DNA of 64,000 nt, from contig JAMWCW010000002.1 of NCBI GenBank assembly GCA_023819145.1, forward strand, positions 11,231 through 75,230. The letters are read 5' to 3'. Each line of letters starts with the position of its first letter. Positions within the stretch are counted from its first letter, which is position 1. Under the pieces are notes generated by a model, which made no database searches, was not told the origin of the DNA, and saw nothing but the letters and a program-made list of their open reading frames with translations. The DNA comes from Candidatus Omnitrophota bacterium. Its GTDB lineage: Bacteria > Omnitrophota > Gorgyraeia > DTHP01. Shown in pieces: positions 19,709 through 30,716 of this stretch. Both the position numbers and the translations under genes were made by a program.

Positions 19709-22416
19709 TTTTGCTTTTCTTTTATCAATTCTTCCCTCTTTGAAATTTCCTTTTCTATTACTTCCTTAGGAGCTTGGGAAAGGAAATTTTTATCATTTAG
19801 TTTTATTCTAATTCCTTCCAAAATAGTATTGATATTTTTCAGTTTTTCTTTAATCCTTTGCTTTTCCTTCTCAAAATCAATAATGCCTTCAAGAGGAATA
19901 TATACTTCAATATTTCCTACAACTAAAGATGAAGAAAAGGGAGGTTTTTCTATTTCTGTTCCAAAGTCCAATGATTCTATTCTTAAGATATTTTCAAAAC
20001 AATTACTATTTTCTTTGAGAAAACTTATATTCTTTTCGTTAGATTTGAAAATCAAACTCATCTTTTTATCTAAAGGAACTCCCATTTCCGTGAAAATATT
20101 GCGTACTCCTTTTATTATCTCCTGAATTATCTCCATCTCTTTCTCTGCTTGCTTATTTATCAATTCTTTCTCACAGAGAGGCCAAGAAGTCATCGTTATA
20201 CTTTCTTCTTTGAAATTGCTATATTTTTCTTTTACCTTCTGCCACAATTCCTCAGTAATAAAAGGCACGAGGGGATGCAGTAACCGTAATGAAGTCTCCA
20301 AAACTTTAATTAAAATAAACTGGGTTGTCTCTTTTTGTCTGTCAATGGTAGCTGGTTGCTGGTAACCAGTAACTATAATTGGCTTTACTATCTCAATATA
20401 CCAATCACAGAACTCATGCCAGAAGAATTGATAGATAAGGCTTGCGGCTTCATTAAAATTGTATTTCTCTAAGGCAGAGGTTACTTCTTGTATAGTTTTT
20501 TGTAATCTACTTAGAATCCAGCGGTCAACAAAAGAAAGATTGTTTTCTGTAAGCTGTACATTGCAAGATGTAAGCTCTGAAACATTTGCGAAGATAAATC
20601 TTGTTGCATTCCAAATCTTATTACAGAAATTTCTCCCCAATTTGAATTTCTCACCCGATAAAAAGACATCTTGTCCTACAGCAGTAATGGAGATAATACT
20701 GAAACGCAAAGCATCTGCTCCGAAATCTTTAATTATCTCTAAAGGGTCAATAATATTGCCAAGTGATTTGGACATTTTTTTCCCTGTCAAATCTCTCACC
20801 GTTCCATGAATATATACATGCCTAAAAGGAATATCTTTCATAAACTCGAGACCTGCCATAATCATCCGCGCTACCCAAAAGAATATTATTTCCTGTGCAG
20901 TAACCAAAACCGAAGTAGGATAAAAATAATCTAAGTCGGTTATTTCGGATTTCGGACTTCGGATTTCGGATTTCAATTTGGGCCATCCAAGCGTAACAAA
21001 TGGCCACAGCCATGAAGAAAACCAAGTATCTAAAACATCTTCATCTTGATAAATATCTTTCCCTCCACATTTAGGACACTTATCCGGTTTTACTTTCGAG
21101 ACAATTATACCCTTTTCGAATTTAGGATTTCGAATTTGGGATTCGTTTACCTGGCATTCTCTGCAGTAATAAACCGGTAAGCGGTGTCCCCACCAAATCT
21201 GTCTCGATATGCACCAATCCTGAATATTCTCCATCCAACTGAGATATATCTTTGTCCAGCGTGGAGGAAAGAATTTTATTTTTCCTTTTTTCACTACCTG
21301 GATTGCGGGTTTAGCCAGTGGTTTCATTTTAACAAACCATTGCAATGATAAATATGGCTCTATTATTGTATTGCAACGGTAACAATGACCTACAGCATGG
21401 GTATAAGATTCTATTTTTTCCAGAAACCCCAATTCTCTAAGTTCATCCACTACTTTATGCCGACAATCAAATCTATCTAAATTTCTAAACTTCCCCGCAT
21501 TTTCATTCATCGTCCCATCAGGATTCATAATATTGATAAACTCTAATTTGTGTCTTTTGCCTAAAGAGTAATCATTGGGATCGTGAGCAGGGGTAACTTT
21601 TACCGCCCCTGTTCCAAAATCCATATCTACCATATTATCTGCAATTATGCTCATCTCCCTTTCCATTAAAGGAAGAATTACTTTCTTTCCAATAAGTTTT
21701 TTGTATCTTTTATCCTTGGGGTTAACTGCTACTGCTGTATCTCCAAGCATTGTCTCCGGTCTTGTCGTCGCTACTGTAACATAATTTCGATTTTTTTCTT
21801 TTAAAGGATATTTTATATAATAAAGTTTCCCTTCAATCTCTTTGTAAGGAGCTTCTTCATCGGAAAGTGCAGTTTGACATCTGGGACACCAATTAATAAT
21901 GTAGTTACTACGATAAATTAGCCCTTTTTCATATAAGCTCACAAATACTTTTAAGACAGCCTCTGAATACTCGTCATCCATCGTAAAACATGTCCTTTGC
22001 CAATCACAAGAAGCGCCTAATTTTTTCAATTGTTGAATAATTGTAGAACCATAATTTTCTCTCCATTGCCAGACTTTCTCCAAAAATTTTTCTCTTCCCA
22101 AATCTTGACGACTTACACCTTCCTTAGCAAGATTTTTTTCCACAACATTTTGGGTAGCAATTCCCGCGTGGTCTGTCCCAGGAATCCATAAAGCGTTAAA
22201 ACCCTGCATCTTCTTAAAGCGAATAAGAATATCTTGAATGGTATTATTTAAGGCATGCCCCATATGTAAAATACCTGTAACATTGGGAGGAGGGATAACG
22301 ATACAAAAAGGATTTTTCTCTTGATTTGGTTCAGCATGAAAGAAACCTTTTTCTTCCCAGAATTTATACCACTTATCCTCTACTTCCTTAGGATTATATC
22401 TTGGGGATATGTCCAT
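19675..22416 (-). CDS. valS: Valine--tRNA ligase
   Basis: PPPNVTGILHMGH, DWCISRQIWWGH, KMSKS, C-terminal coiled coil. Confidence 0.99.
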   Translation of the reverse strand: MDISPRYNPKEVEDKWYKFWEEKGFFHAEPNQEKNPFCIVIPPPNVTGILHMGHALNNTIQDILIRFKKMQGFNALWIPGTDHAGIATQNVVEKNLAKEGVSRQDLGREKFLEKVWQWRENYGSTIIQQLKKLGASCDWQRTCFTMDDEYSEAVLKVFVSLYEKGLIYRSNYIINWCPRCQTALSDEEAPYKEIEGKLYYIKYPLKEKNRNYVTVATTRPETMLGDTAVAVNPKDKRYKKLIGKKVILPLMEREMSIIADNMVDMDFGTGAVKVTPAHDPNDYSLGKRHKLEFINIMNPDGTMNENAGKFRNLDRFDCRHKVVDELRELGFLEKIESYTHAVGHCYRCNTIIEPYLSLQWFVKMKPLAKPAIQVVKKGKIKFFPPRWTKIYLSWMENIQDWCISRQIWWGHRLPVYYCRECQVNESQIRNPKFEKGIIVSKVKPDKCPKCGGKDIYQDEDVLDTWFSSWLWPFVTLGWPKLKSEIRSPKSEITDLDYFYPTSVLVTAQEIIFFWVARMIMAGLEFMKDIPFRHVYIHGTVRDLTGKKMSKSLGNIIDPLEIIKDFGADALRFSIISITAVGQDVFLSGEKFKLGRNFCNKIWNATRFIFANVSELTSCNVQLTENNLSFVDRWILSRLQKTIQEVTSALEKYNFNEAASLIYQFFWHEFCDWYIEIVKPIIVTGYQQPATIDRQKETTQFILIKVLETSLRLLHPLVPFITEELWQKVKEKYSNFKEESITMTSWPLCEKELINKQAEKEMEIIQEIIKGVRNIFTEMGVPLDKKMSLIFKSNEKNISFLKENSNCFENILRIESLDFGTEIEKPPFSSSLVVGNIEVYIPLEGIIDFEKEKQRIKEKLKNINTILEGIRIKLNDKNFLSQAPKEVIEKEISKREELIKEKQKWEKYLVELQE
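20336..20377. repeat. 7-bp array with small internal hairpin, in frame within valS
   Basis: tgtctgt caatggt agctggt tgctggt aaccagt aactata; encodes IVTGYQQPATIDRQ. Confidence 0.7.
20547..20574. repeat. 7-bp array in frame within valS
   Basis: ctgtaag ctgtaca ttgcaag atgtaag; encodes LTSCNVQLT. Confidence 0.7.
20942..20976. repeat. 7-bp (ATTTCGG)n array in frame within valS
   Basis: atttcgg atttcgg acttcgg atttcgg atttcaa; encodes LKSEIRSPKSEI. Confidence 0.95.
21113..21143. repeat. 7-bp array in frame within valS zinc-knuckle loop
   Basis: ttttcga atttagg atttcga atttggg att; encodes SQIRNPKFEK. Confidence 0.85.
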
Positions 22417-22452
22417 ATTATTTTGTTTTCTTATGTAGAAACTATTTAAATA

Positions 22453-22481
22453 ATTTTACTTATAAAGAGAGAATAATTCAA
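22453..22481 (-). promoter_or_regulatory. Sigma70-type promoter for valS
   Basis: TTGAAT-N17-TAAAAT. Confidence 0.6.
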
Positions 22482-22606
22482 GAAAAATCACCCCAACTAT
22501 ATTTGTAAATTAAGGAGAGTATTATAAACCTTAGCTAAAAAGTGGCTCTTAAAGGAATGAATTTTATTCAAGATGCAAGAATACTAATATCTTATAAAGT
22601 AAAAAC

Positions 22607-24187
22607 CTATTTATTGCTTTTTGCCTTTTCTTTAAGCAACTTATACTCGATTGAATCCACAAGGGCTTGCCAGCTTGCTTCAATAACATTTTCCGAAACC
22701 CCAATCGTACTCCATTCATCTTTTTCATCTCGAGATTCAATTAAAACGCGTACTTTAGCAGCAGTGCCCGCTTCGGCATTAATCACCCTGACTTTAAAAT
22801 CAGAGAGTTTCATTTCTTTTAAGTCGGGATAAAACCTCTCCAGTGCTTTGCGTAACGCATTATCCAAAGCATTGACGGGGCCATCACCTTCTGCTGCGGT
22901 ATGTTCTACGAGATTGCCCACTTTTACTTTAATCGTTGCTTCCGAGTGCATTGTACCTCTTTTATCCTTTTCTACAATCACCCTAAATCCCTCCAAGTCA
23001 AAGAATTTGCGATACTCACCTTTTGTCTTACGTAAAAGAACCTCAAAAGACCCCTCTGCACCTTCAAATTGATAACCTCTATACTCCAAATCTTTTATGA
23101 GATTAAGAACTTTCTTAACTGCCCGAGGGTCATTTGTTATATCTAATTTAAACTCCTTAGCCTTAGAAAGAAGTGCACTCTTGCCGGAAAGTTCAGAAAT
23201 TAAAATTCTACGTTTGTTACCTACTTTCTCAGGTGGAATATGCTCATAGGTATGTGGATGTTTTTGTACTGCACTTACATGCACTCCTCCTTTATGGGTA
23301 AACGCTGATAACCCTACAAACGGTGCTTCGTCACGCGGAACAATATTTACCACTTCGCTTACAAAACGAGAAACTTCTGTAAGACGCGAAAGCTGCTTGT
23401 CTGAAATACAGTCAATTCCCATCTTCAACTTAAGATTGGCAATAATAGAACAAAGGTTGGCATTGCCACAACGTTCTCCATATCCATTAATTGTTCCTTG
23501 AACAAGAACAATGCCCAATTTAACTGCTGATAAAGAATTTGCTACTGCTAAATCAGAGTCATTATGGCAATGAATCCCTAAAGGTTTTTTTATTTTTTTC
23601 TTCACCTCACGGATAATTTCCTGAACTTCTTCGACCAGAGTTCCGCCATTGGTATCACAAAGGCTGATATTATCAGTTCCGGCTAAAGCAGCTTTTTCTA
23701 TAGTTGCTAAAGCATAATCGGAATTTGCCTTAAATCCATCAAAAAAATGCTCCGCATCATAAATAACTTCTAATCCCTTGGATTTAAGAAATTTTACGGA
23801 CTCAAAAATCATCTTAAGATTCTCCTCCAAAGTAGTTTGTAAAGCATATTTCACCTGAAGATCCCACGATTTTCCAAAAATAGTAACTACAGAAACCCCT
23901 GCTCTGATCAGTTCTGTTAGATTAGCATCATTTTCAACGTTGATGTTCTTCTTTCGCGTACTGCCAAAAGCAACCAACTTTGCTTTTTTAAGCGGATGTT
24001 CCTTAATTCTTTGAAAGAAATTAATATCTTTAGGGTTTGAACCTGGCCAACCACCTTCAATATAATGAATCCCTAAGTCATCTAACTTTCTGGCAATCTT
24101 AATCTTATCCTCTACCGATAAAGAGACCCCTTCTTTTTGTGTCCCATCTCTTAAAGTCGTATCGTATAATAAAACTTTATTCTCCAT
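22607..24187 (-). CDS. cimA: Citramalate synthase (LeuA family)
   Basis: [49 protein letters not shown]; start ATG 24187 after SD GAGGTG. Confidence 0.93.
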   Translation of the reverse strand: MENKVLLYDTTLRDGTQKEGVSLSVEDKIKIARKLDDLGIHYIEGGWPGSNPKDINFFQRIKEHPLKKAKLVAFGSTRKKNINVENDANLTELIRAGVSVVTIFGKSWDLQVKYALQTTLEENLKMIFESVKFLKSKGLEVIYDAEHFFDGFKANSDYALATIEKAALAGTDNISLCDTNGGTLVEEVQEIIREVKKKIKKPLGIHCHNDSDLAVANSLSAVKLGIVLVQGTINGYGERCGNANLCSIIANLKLKMGIDCISDKQLSRLTEVSRFVSEVVNIVPRDEAPFVGLSAFTHKGGVHVSAVQKHPHTYEHIPPEKVGNKRRILISELSGKSALLSKAKEFKLDITNDPRAVKKVLNLIKDLEYRGYQFEGAEGSFEVLLRKTKGEYRKFFDLEGFRVIVEKDKRGTMHSEATIKVKVGNLVEHTAAEGDGPVNALDNALRKALERFYPDLKEMKLSDFKVRVINAEAGTAAKVRVLIESRDEKDEWSTIGVSENVIEASWQALVDSIEYKLLKEKAKSNK

Positions 24188-24210
24188 AAATTTATTCACC
24201 TCTTTTTCAT

Positions 24211-25437
24211 TTATTGTTTTTTCCCTAATTTGAATGCCTCATGCAACGCACGAACCGCTTCCTCAATAAATTTCTTTCTAATAACACAAGAAATACTTAT
24301 TTCAGAGGTAGAAATCATTTCAATATTAATCTTATGTTTTGCTAAAGTAGCAAACATCAAAGAAGCAACCCCCGGATGGCTTTTCATTCCTACTCCCACT
24401 ATCGAAACTTTAGCAATATCTGCATCATAAATAACTTTACCAGCATCAATTTTATCTGCAACCTTGCGTGTAATTCTGAGGGCTTTCTTCAATTCAGGTT
24501 TAAGAACGGTAAAAGAAATGTCCGTGCGTCCGGTATGGCTTACATTTTGAACAATCATATCTACATTTATTCCTTCCGAACCAATATCTGTAAAAATGGT
24601 AGCAGCAATTCCGGGTTTATCAGGAACATCGCATACTGTAATTTTTGCCTCGTTCTTACTAAGTGTAACTGCACTGATTACCGGACCTTCCAACATCTTT
24701 TTCCCCTCCTTTACAATATATGTACCACGTTTGTTGTTAAATGAAGAACGGACATATATGGGAATGCCGAATTTCTTAGCCAATTCGATAGAACGTGCCT
24801 GCATAACCTGAGCCCCCAAAGAAGCCATTTCTAGCATTTCATCATAGCTTAATCTTTCGAGTTTTCTGGCATCGGAAACAATGCGAGGATCGGCAGTATA
24901 AATTCCTTCTACGTCGGTATATATTTCACAAAGTTTTGCCCCCAGAACTTTTGCCAGAGCAACGGCGGAAAGGTCTGAACCTCCCCTTCCCAAAGTTGTA
25001 ATATCTTGGTTCTGCGAAACACCTTGAAAACCTGCAACAATTACGATGTTACCTTTGTTTAACTCTTCTGCTATCCTCCGGGTATCAATATTTATAATCC
25101 GTGCTTTAGTATGACTACTGTCAGTAAGTATTCCTATCTGTATCCCTGTAAAAGAAATAGCCTTAAAACCCAATTTCTGAATCGCCATAGCAAGGAGGGC
25201 ACTGGACATTTGTTCTCCGGTAGAAAGCAACATATCCAATTCCCGTTCGGGAGGATTACGTGTAATCTGATAAGCCAAATCAATCAGTTCATCGGTGGTA
25301 TCTCCCGGGGCAGAAACTACAACTACTACATCAAATTTCTTTTCTTTGTAAGTAACTATTCTTCGTGCAACATTTTTAATCCTTTCTGGATTAGCGACAG
25401 AAGTTCCTCCATATTTTTGCACAATCAATTTTCTCAT
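24211..25437 (-). CDS. lysC: Aspartate kinase
   Basis: [18 protein letters not shown], two ACT domains. Confidence 0.97.
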   Translation of the reverse strand: MRKLIVQKYGGTSVANPERIKNVARRIVTYKEKKFDVVVVVSAPGDTTDELIDLAYQITRNPPERELDMLLSTGEQMSSALLAMAIQKLGFKAISFTGIQIGILTDSSHTKARIINIDTRRIAEELNKGNIVIVAGFQGVSQNQDITTLGRGGSDLSAVALAKVLGAKLCEIYTDVEGIYTADPRIVSDARKLERLSYDEMLEMASLGAQVMQARSIELAKKFGIPIYVRSSFNNKRGTYIVKEGKKMLEGPVISAVTLSKNEAKITVCDVPDKPGIAATIFTDIGSEGINVDMIVQNVSHTGRTDISFTVLKPELKKALRITRKVADKIDAGKVIYDADIAKVSIVGVGMKSHPGVASLMFATLAKHKINIEMISTSEISISCVIRKKFIEEAVRALHEAFKLGKKQ

Positions 25438-25458
25438 ATCTAAAAACCTCTCTTATCT

Positions 25459-27048
25459 CTATCTTTTTAACAATACTTTTTTTGCCTCCCAGCATATAAA
25501 AAGTACTGATAAAATTAAAACTATGGATATACCGCTTAATAAAAAATTTCCTTCTTTCAGAAAATGTCTAAATTGTAAAGCCAACGCTCCCACCGTTGTA
25601 AAAAGCATAAAAACGGCGGGAATAGCAACAAAATAAAACTTTCTTTTCTGAGAAAGTAACCAAGTGGCAATTACTATTAACGCTAAAGCCGCTACCAACT
25701 GATTAGAAGCTCCAAAAATAGGCCAAAGTTTCTCCCATTTTCCTGTAAGGGCAAGAAATGCGCTCAAAATAACCACAATAAAGGTAGATAAATATCTATT
25801 TCTAATTCTGAAAAGTTCGGTGGTAAGATATCTGCCAATTCTTGTAGCGGTATCTAAGGTGGTTAAGATAAAGGCATTAAGAATAAGTACGGCAAAACTA
25901 CTACCGTACATCCCTAAAAAAGAATTTGTTAATCTCCCAAAACCTTCACCAAAAGCCCCAATCGGTCCTCCTCTATTCTCTAAAACTTTATTCAAAATAT
26001 TTTGTGAGGGAAATCCTGCTATAATTACTAAAACTGCCATAACCGCTACCAAACCCTCCATGACCATTGCTCCATAGCCAATTTTTCTCGCATCCCGTTC
26101 AGTAGCAATTTGTTTAGAGGTGGTTCCCGAAGCAATTAATGAATGGAATCCTGATATTGCTCCACAAGCTATAGTAACAAAGAGCATCGGCCAAAGCTCG
26201 CCACTTTTTGTACGCCATGAAATAAAAACTGGCAAATTTATATGTGGAGGAGATAAGAATATCCCCATATATCCAGAAATTAACCCGAAGATTAATAAGA
26301 AACTAGAAAGATAGTCGCGGGGTTGTAAAAGTATATTTACTGGTACCACAGATGCAAAATAACTGTATAAAAACAACACCGCTATCCAAAAATAAAGACT
26401 TTGTGCTAAAGGAATCTTTACCGGAAATAAACTTCCTAAAAATAAAAAAACGACTAATAATCCCAAGCCTATAAAAGTAATCAGAATTTGATTTACTCTA
26501 AATCTATATAAACTCATCCCCACTAAAATAGCCAGTGGAATCAAACCTAAAGAAGGAATTACAATTTCGGGTTGAATCACAAATGTTTTAGCAGAAAGCA
26601 CCGCAAATACTGCAATAACCAAGATAAGGGCAAGTAAAACAAAAACTGAAAATATAATCTTTGCTCGTCTACCGATAAGGTCTTCCGCTACATCTGCTAC
26701 TGAACGAGCATCGTGACGCACGGAAACCATAAGTGAACCGAAATCGTGTACTCCTCCTAAGAAAATTGTACCTAAAACAATCCAGAGTAAACCTGGACCC
26801 CATCCCCATAAAGCAACTGCTATCACTGGTCCAACAATTGGACCCGCTCCAGCAATTGAGGAAAAGTGATGCCCAAAAAGAATTGTCCAGTGACAAGAAG
26901 CAATACAATCAATTCCGTCTTTTTTTACCTGTGCAGGTGTAGGCCGTCGGGAATCTACGTTAAATGTTTTACTTAAATATCTACCATATAAAATGTATCC
27001 TCCTAAAAACAAAAGAAAAGTAATTAAGACGATATTTAAGGTATTCAT
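25459..27048 (-). CDS. cstA: Carbon starvation CstA family transporter
   Basis: FGHHFSSIAGAGPIVGP, IACGAISGFHSL, TTLDTATR, WPIFGASNQL. Confidence 0.93.
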   Translation of the reverse strand: MNTLNIVLITFLLFLGGYILYGRYLSKTFNVDSRRPTPAQVKKDGIDCIASCHWTILFGHHFSSIAGAGPIVGPVIAVALWGWGPGLLWIVLGTIFLGGVHDFGSLMVSVRHDARSVADVAEDLIGRRAKIIFSVFVLLALILVIAVFAVLSAKTFVIQPEIVIPSLGLIPLAILVGMSLYRFRVNQILITFIGLGLLVVFLFLGSLFPVKIPLAQSLYFWIAVLFLYSYFASVVPVNILLQPRDYLSSFLLIFGLISGYMGIFLSPPHINLPVFISWRTKSGELWPMLFVTIACGAISGFHSLIASGTTSKQIATERDARKIGYGAMVMEGLVAVMAVLVIIAGFPSQNILNKVLENRGGPIGAFGEGFGRLTNSFLGMYGSSFAVLILNAFILTTLDTATRIGRYLTTELFRIRNRYLSTFIVVILSAFLALTGKWEKLWPIFGASNQLVAALALIVIATWLLSQKRKFYFVAIPAVFMLFTTVGALALQFRHFLKEGNFLLSGISIVLILSVLFICWEAKKVLLKR

Positions 27049-28229
27049 CTCGCTATAAAACTCTCTAGCAACTTATAACCATCTTCTATCTTCCAACTGG
27101 TTGCCTGTGCACTTTTTTCATTAAACTCTTCCACATCATCTTTACCTATGCCTTCACCGAACATAGCAAAAAAAACTGGTTCGGAAGAATGAGTACGGAT
27201 AGCCAAAGGAGTAGGGTGATCCGAACTTACTAAAATACGAAAATCTTCCTTCCCTTCCAGTTTTTTTAACACTGTACCCACTACCAGAGAATCAAATCTC
27301 TCTATCACAGAAATCTTTGCCCTTAAATCCCCATTGTGTCCTGCTTCATCGGGAGCTTCCACATGGACAAAAACAAAATCCTTATCCTGTAGAACTTCTA
27401 AAGCAGCTTCTGCTTTTCCTATATAATTGGTATCATAATATCCTGTAGCTCCATCAACATTAATCGGATCAAGCCCGATTATCCTACCTAATCCTTTAAT
27501 TAAGTCGACTGCAGAAATTACATTCCCTTCCACGCTGTATTTCTCTGAAAATTTAGGCAATCGTGGTTTCTTACCCTGTCCCCAAAGCCAAATCATATTA
27601 GCAGGGTTCTCTTTAAGGTCAATCCTTACTCGGTTTATTTCATGACTTATTAAAACCCTTCGCGAACTTTGCATCAATTCAATAATTATTTCTGCATCCT
27701 TTCCTTGGGGTAAGAATTTGTCAATTTTTTTACCCGTAATATCGTGGGGGGGAGTGCATCTTAGTTCCTCGCCTATCTCTTTGGAAATCATTATATGTCT
27801 GTAACTTACTCCCGGATAAAAATGAAAATACTCAGTAGAGAGTTTTTGATTGAGAATTTCTATCAAGACTTTTGCCTCGTGAGTGCTAATATGTCCTGCG
27901 CTATAATCCATCATTACTCCATTCTCCACGGTAACTAAATTACACCTGAAGGCAATTTCCTCTTCTTTTAAATCTACACCTAAATTAGCTGCTTCCAGAG
28001 GACCACGTCCTTTGTAATACTCCTTGGGATTATATCCCAATAGCGACATAATTGCTACATCAGAACCAGCCTGCATCTGGTGAGGAATAGTTCTTACCCA
28101 ACCTACTCTACCATTCCGCGCAATGTAATCCATATTTGGCGTCTTAGCTACCTCCAAAGGTGTTTTTCCTTCTAACTCCTGAAGAGGAAAATCTTGCATT
28201 CCATCACCAACTAAAAATACATATTTCAT
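27045..28229 (-). CDS. apgM: Cofactor-independent phosphoglycerate mutase, ApgM type (family proposed as alternative homoserine kinase)
   Basis: GDGMQD, GKTPLE, GSDVA, PPHD, HVEAPDEAGH, SDHPTP. Confidence 0.88.
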   Translation of the reverse strand: MKYVFLVGDGMQDFPLQELEGKTPLEVAKTPNMDYIARNGRVGWVRTIPHQMQAGSDVAIMSLLGYNPKEYYKGRGPLEAANLGVDLKEEEIAFRCNLVTVENGVMMDYSAGHISTHEAKVLIEILNQKLSTEYFHFYPGVSYRHIMISKEIGEELRCTPPHDITGKKIDKFLPQGKDAEIIIELMQSSRRVLISHEINRVRIDLKENPANMIWLWGQGKKPRLPKFSEKYSVEGNVISAVDLIKGLGRIIGLDPINVDGATGYYDTNYIGKAEAALEVLQDKDFVFVHVEAPDEAGHNGDLRAKISVIERFDSLVVGTVLKKLEGKEDFRILVSSDHPTPLAIRTHSSEPVFFAMFGEGIGKDDVEEFNEKSAQATSWKIEDGYKLLESFIAR

Positions 28230-28293
28230 TTTCTTTCTTTGTTAGTCAGTTAAATATATTATATCAACATTATAATAAATTCAATTTAAAAAT

Positions 28294-29286
28294 TCAGCGT
28301 GGACTCTCTTCAATTTCGCCTACAATCTCTTCAAGAATATCCTCTAAAGTCACCAGCCCCATAACTTTATTAACATCATTACGTACAATGGCAATTTGAA
28401 TCTTCATTTTCTGAAAATCTTGTAGTAATTCCGAAACTTTTTTATTTAGAGAAACAAAATAAGCAGGGTGCATGATGTCCGCAATAATAATCAAAGAACC
28501 ATTTTTCCACATAAAAGGCAGGTCTTTGGCATAAATAATTCCTACTATATTATCGAGAGTTTCTTTATATACAGGAATGCGTGTATGGCCTTTTTCTATC
28601 AATAGATCTAAAAGGGTCTCTTCACTTGCATTTAATTCCACACAAACCATTTTTTCACGCGGAATCATCACATCCTTAACTAGGGTATCACCAAATTCAA
28701 ATATGTGATGTATAAGCTTTCTTTCCTCTTCTAAAAGAATTCCCTCCTCTCTCCCTAACTCAATCATTAAACGAATCTCCTCTTCAGTAACTAATGGAGA
28801 ACGTTTCTTAGTCTCCACTCCTAATAGTTTTATAATCCCGTTACTTAGGTAAGTAAAAAAATGCGCTAATGGCTGAACTAATTTAATCAAAAATTTTATA
28901 AAGTAGGCGAATTTTAAAGCAATTGCCTCCGGATATTTAGTAGCAATGATTTTAGGAGTAATTTCACAAAAAATTAGGATAAAGAAAGAAATGGCTATAG
29001 TTGAGATTAATATCCCAAATTTCTGTCCGAATAGATATATAAATAATGCTGCTCCTAAAGCAGAGAGAGCGATATTTACAAAATTGTTACTCACTAAAAT
29101 AGTGACGATAAATCTATCTAAATGAGTAAGTATATTGTATACAATTTCTGCCCGGCGTTTCCCCTGATTTACATAAGAACGAATTCTTAATTTATTTAAT
29201 GAAAGAATGGCTGTTTCCCAAGCAGAGAAAAAGAAGGAAAAAATTCCTAGAAAAAAAATAAAAAAGATGATAAATAAAATATCCAT
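28294..29286 (-). CDS. CNNM/DUF21 + CBS domain protein (CorB/hemolysin-like, lacks C-terminal CorC domain)
   Basis: FFSAWETA, ILVSNNFVN, EITPK, VKDVMIPR, GLVTLEDILEEIVGEI. Confidence 0.9.
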   Translation of the reverse strand: MDILFIIFFIFFLGIFSFFFSAWETAILSLNKLRIRSYVNQGKRRAEIVYNILTHLDRFIVTILVSNNFVNIALSALGAALFIYLFGQKFGILISTIAISFFILIFCEITPKIIATKYPEAIALKFAYFIKFLIKLVQPLAHFFTYLSNGIIKLLGVETKKRSPLVTEEEIRLMIELGREEGILLEEERKLIHHIFEFGDTLVKDVMIPREKMVCVELNASEETLLDLLIEKGHTRIPVYKETLDNIVGIIYAKDLPFMWKNGSLIIIADIMHPAYFVSLNKKVSELLQDFQKMKIQIAIVRNDVNKVMGLVTLEDILEEIVGEIEESPR

Positions 29287-30716
29287 TAATTTCTTAAAAT
29301 AGGCAAGAAAAATTGTGCGATTTTAAAGTAAATTATAAGTCCTACAATATCTACAATGCTGGTAGTAATTGGTCCTGCTAAAGCTGCAGGGTCGAGCCCA
29401 ATTCTCTTGGAAAGAATAGGTAGAAAAAGTCCGGTGGAAATAGCCAGTAAAATTATACTTGCCATAGTAAAACCTACTACCAAAGCAAGGAAAACATCCT
29501 GTTGCAACATAAATGCTCTCAAGAAAGCCACTGTCCCAACGATAATTCCCATGAATAAAGAAGCAAATAACTCCATCTTGGCAACTTTCCAGATATTACG
29601 AAAGGTAACATCCCCGGTGGCTAAACCCCGAATTATAGTAATTGCAGTTTGTGCCCCTGCATTACCTCCTGTATCTAAGAGCATCGGGATAAAAAATGTC
29701 AAAGCAACCACTGTCCCCAAGGCATGTTCAAAAGTTTTTAACACCGTACCAGTTAAAAAATCAAAAATCAGAAGCAAAATCAACCATCCCGCTCTACGCT
29801 TTACCAGGTCTAAAGAACGTGCTTCGGCATAGCGAATCTCTAAACCTGACATTTTACCAACTTCATAAAATTCCCGTGAGGTCTGCTTTTCAATTATATC
29901 CATAACATCATCTATAGTAATTATACCCAAGAGCCTATTCTCATTATCCACTACCGGAGCATCCAGCAAATCGTATTTCTTAAACCATCTACCCACCTCT
30001 TGCATTCCCATATTTACATTTATCTTGATGAGATTTACATCACTCATAATCTCTTTTATAAGAATATCCGGTGGGGCAGTAATAATATTCTGTAAACTAA
30101 CTCCACCGATTAATCTATGTTCTTCATCCGTTACATATACAGAATATATTGCTTTGGTTTGACCTGAACGCTGACTTTCCTGTAGCGTAAGGATTGCCCG
30201 ACGAGCAGTCATATCTTTCTTTAACTCCACAAACTCTGTATTCATTATGGAACCCGCGGTTCCTGCTTTATAGGTAAGAAGCTTGCGCACATCATCTGCT
30301 TCTTCTTCCTTCAAAAATGACCAGAGTTTCTTTACTGTTTTAGGAGGTAATTCCTTAAATAATTTTGCTCTTTCATCGGGAGCCATCTCGTTCAAAACCT
30401 GGGAGGCTTCTTGATTATCTAGATTTTTAAGGATAAATTGTTGTTCTGAGGAAGATAAGTCTTCAAAAACTTCTATTGCTTTACGAATACTTAACAATTT
30501 GAAAACAATAATCTTTTCGCTATCTTGGAGATATTTAAAGCCGTCAGCAATGTCTATGGAATGCATCTTTTTCAAAAGTTCTTTAAGCGATGAAAAGTCT
30601 TTTATAGCTAAAAAATTCTTTATCTCAGGAAGAAAGAGGGCAAAAACATCCATACGATTATTGCGAGAAAAATTTTTCCTGTAACCATTTTTTTGAACTG
30701 AGTTGTTATTATGCAT
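29286..30716 (-). CDS. mgtE: Magnesium transporter MgtE
   Basis: MgtE N domain, CBS pair, FFIPMLLDTGGNAGAQ, DPAALAGPITTSIVD. Confidence 0.95.
   Translation of the reverse strand: MHNNNSVQKNGYRKNFSRNNRMDVFALFLPEIKNFLAIKDFSSLKELLKKMHSIDIADGFKYLQDSEKIIVFKLLSIRKAIEVFEDLSSSEQQFILKNLDNQEASQVLNEMAPDERAKLFKELPPKTVKKLWSFLKEEEADDVRKLLTYKAGTAGSIMNTEFVELKKDMTARRAILTLQESQRSGQTKAIYSVYVTDEEHRLIGGVSLQNIITAPPDILIKEIMSDVNLIKINVNMGMQEVGRWFKKYDLLDAPVVDNENRLLGIITIDDVMDIIEKQTSREFYEVGKMSGLEIRYAEARSLDLVKRRAGWLILLLIFDFLTGTVLKTFEHALGTVVALTFFIPMLLDTGGNAGAQTAITIIRGLATGDVTFRNIWKVAKMELFASLFMGIIVGTVAFLRAFMLQQDVFLALVVGFTMASIILLAISTGLFLPILSKRIGLDPAALAGPITTSIVDIVGLIIYFKIAQFFLPILRN

Noticed and set aside
20822-21025. Short minus-strand ORF containing IEIRNPKSEIRN
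   Set aside because: It is an alternative frame of valS; the peptide only reflects the frame-independent heptamer array.
22417-22606. T-box or tRNA upstream of valS
   Set aside because: No T-box consensus (AAnnnGGGTGGnACC) or cloverleaf, and the predicted promoter leaves only a short leader.
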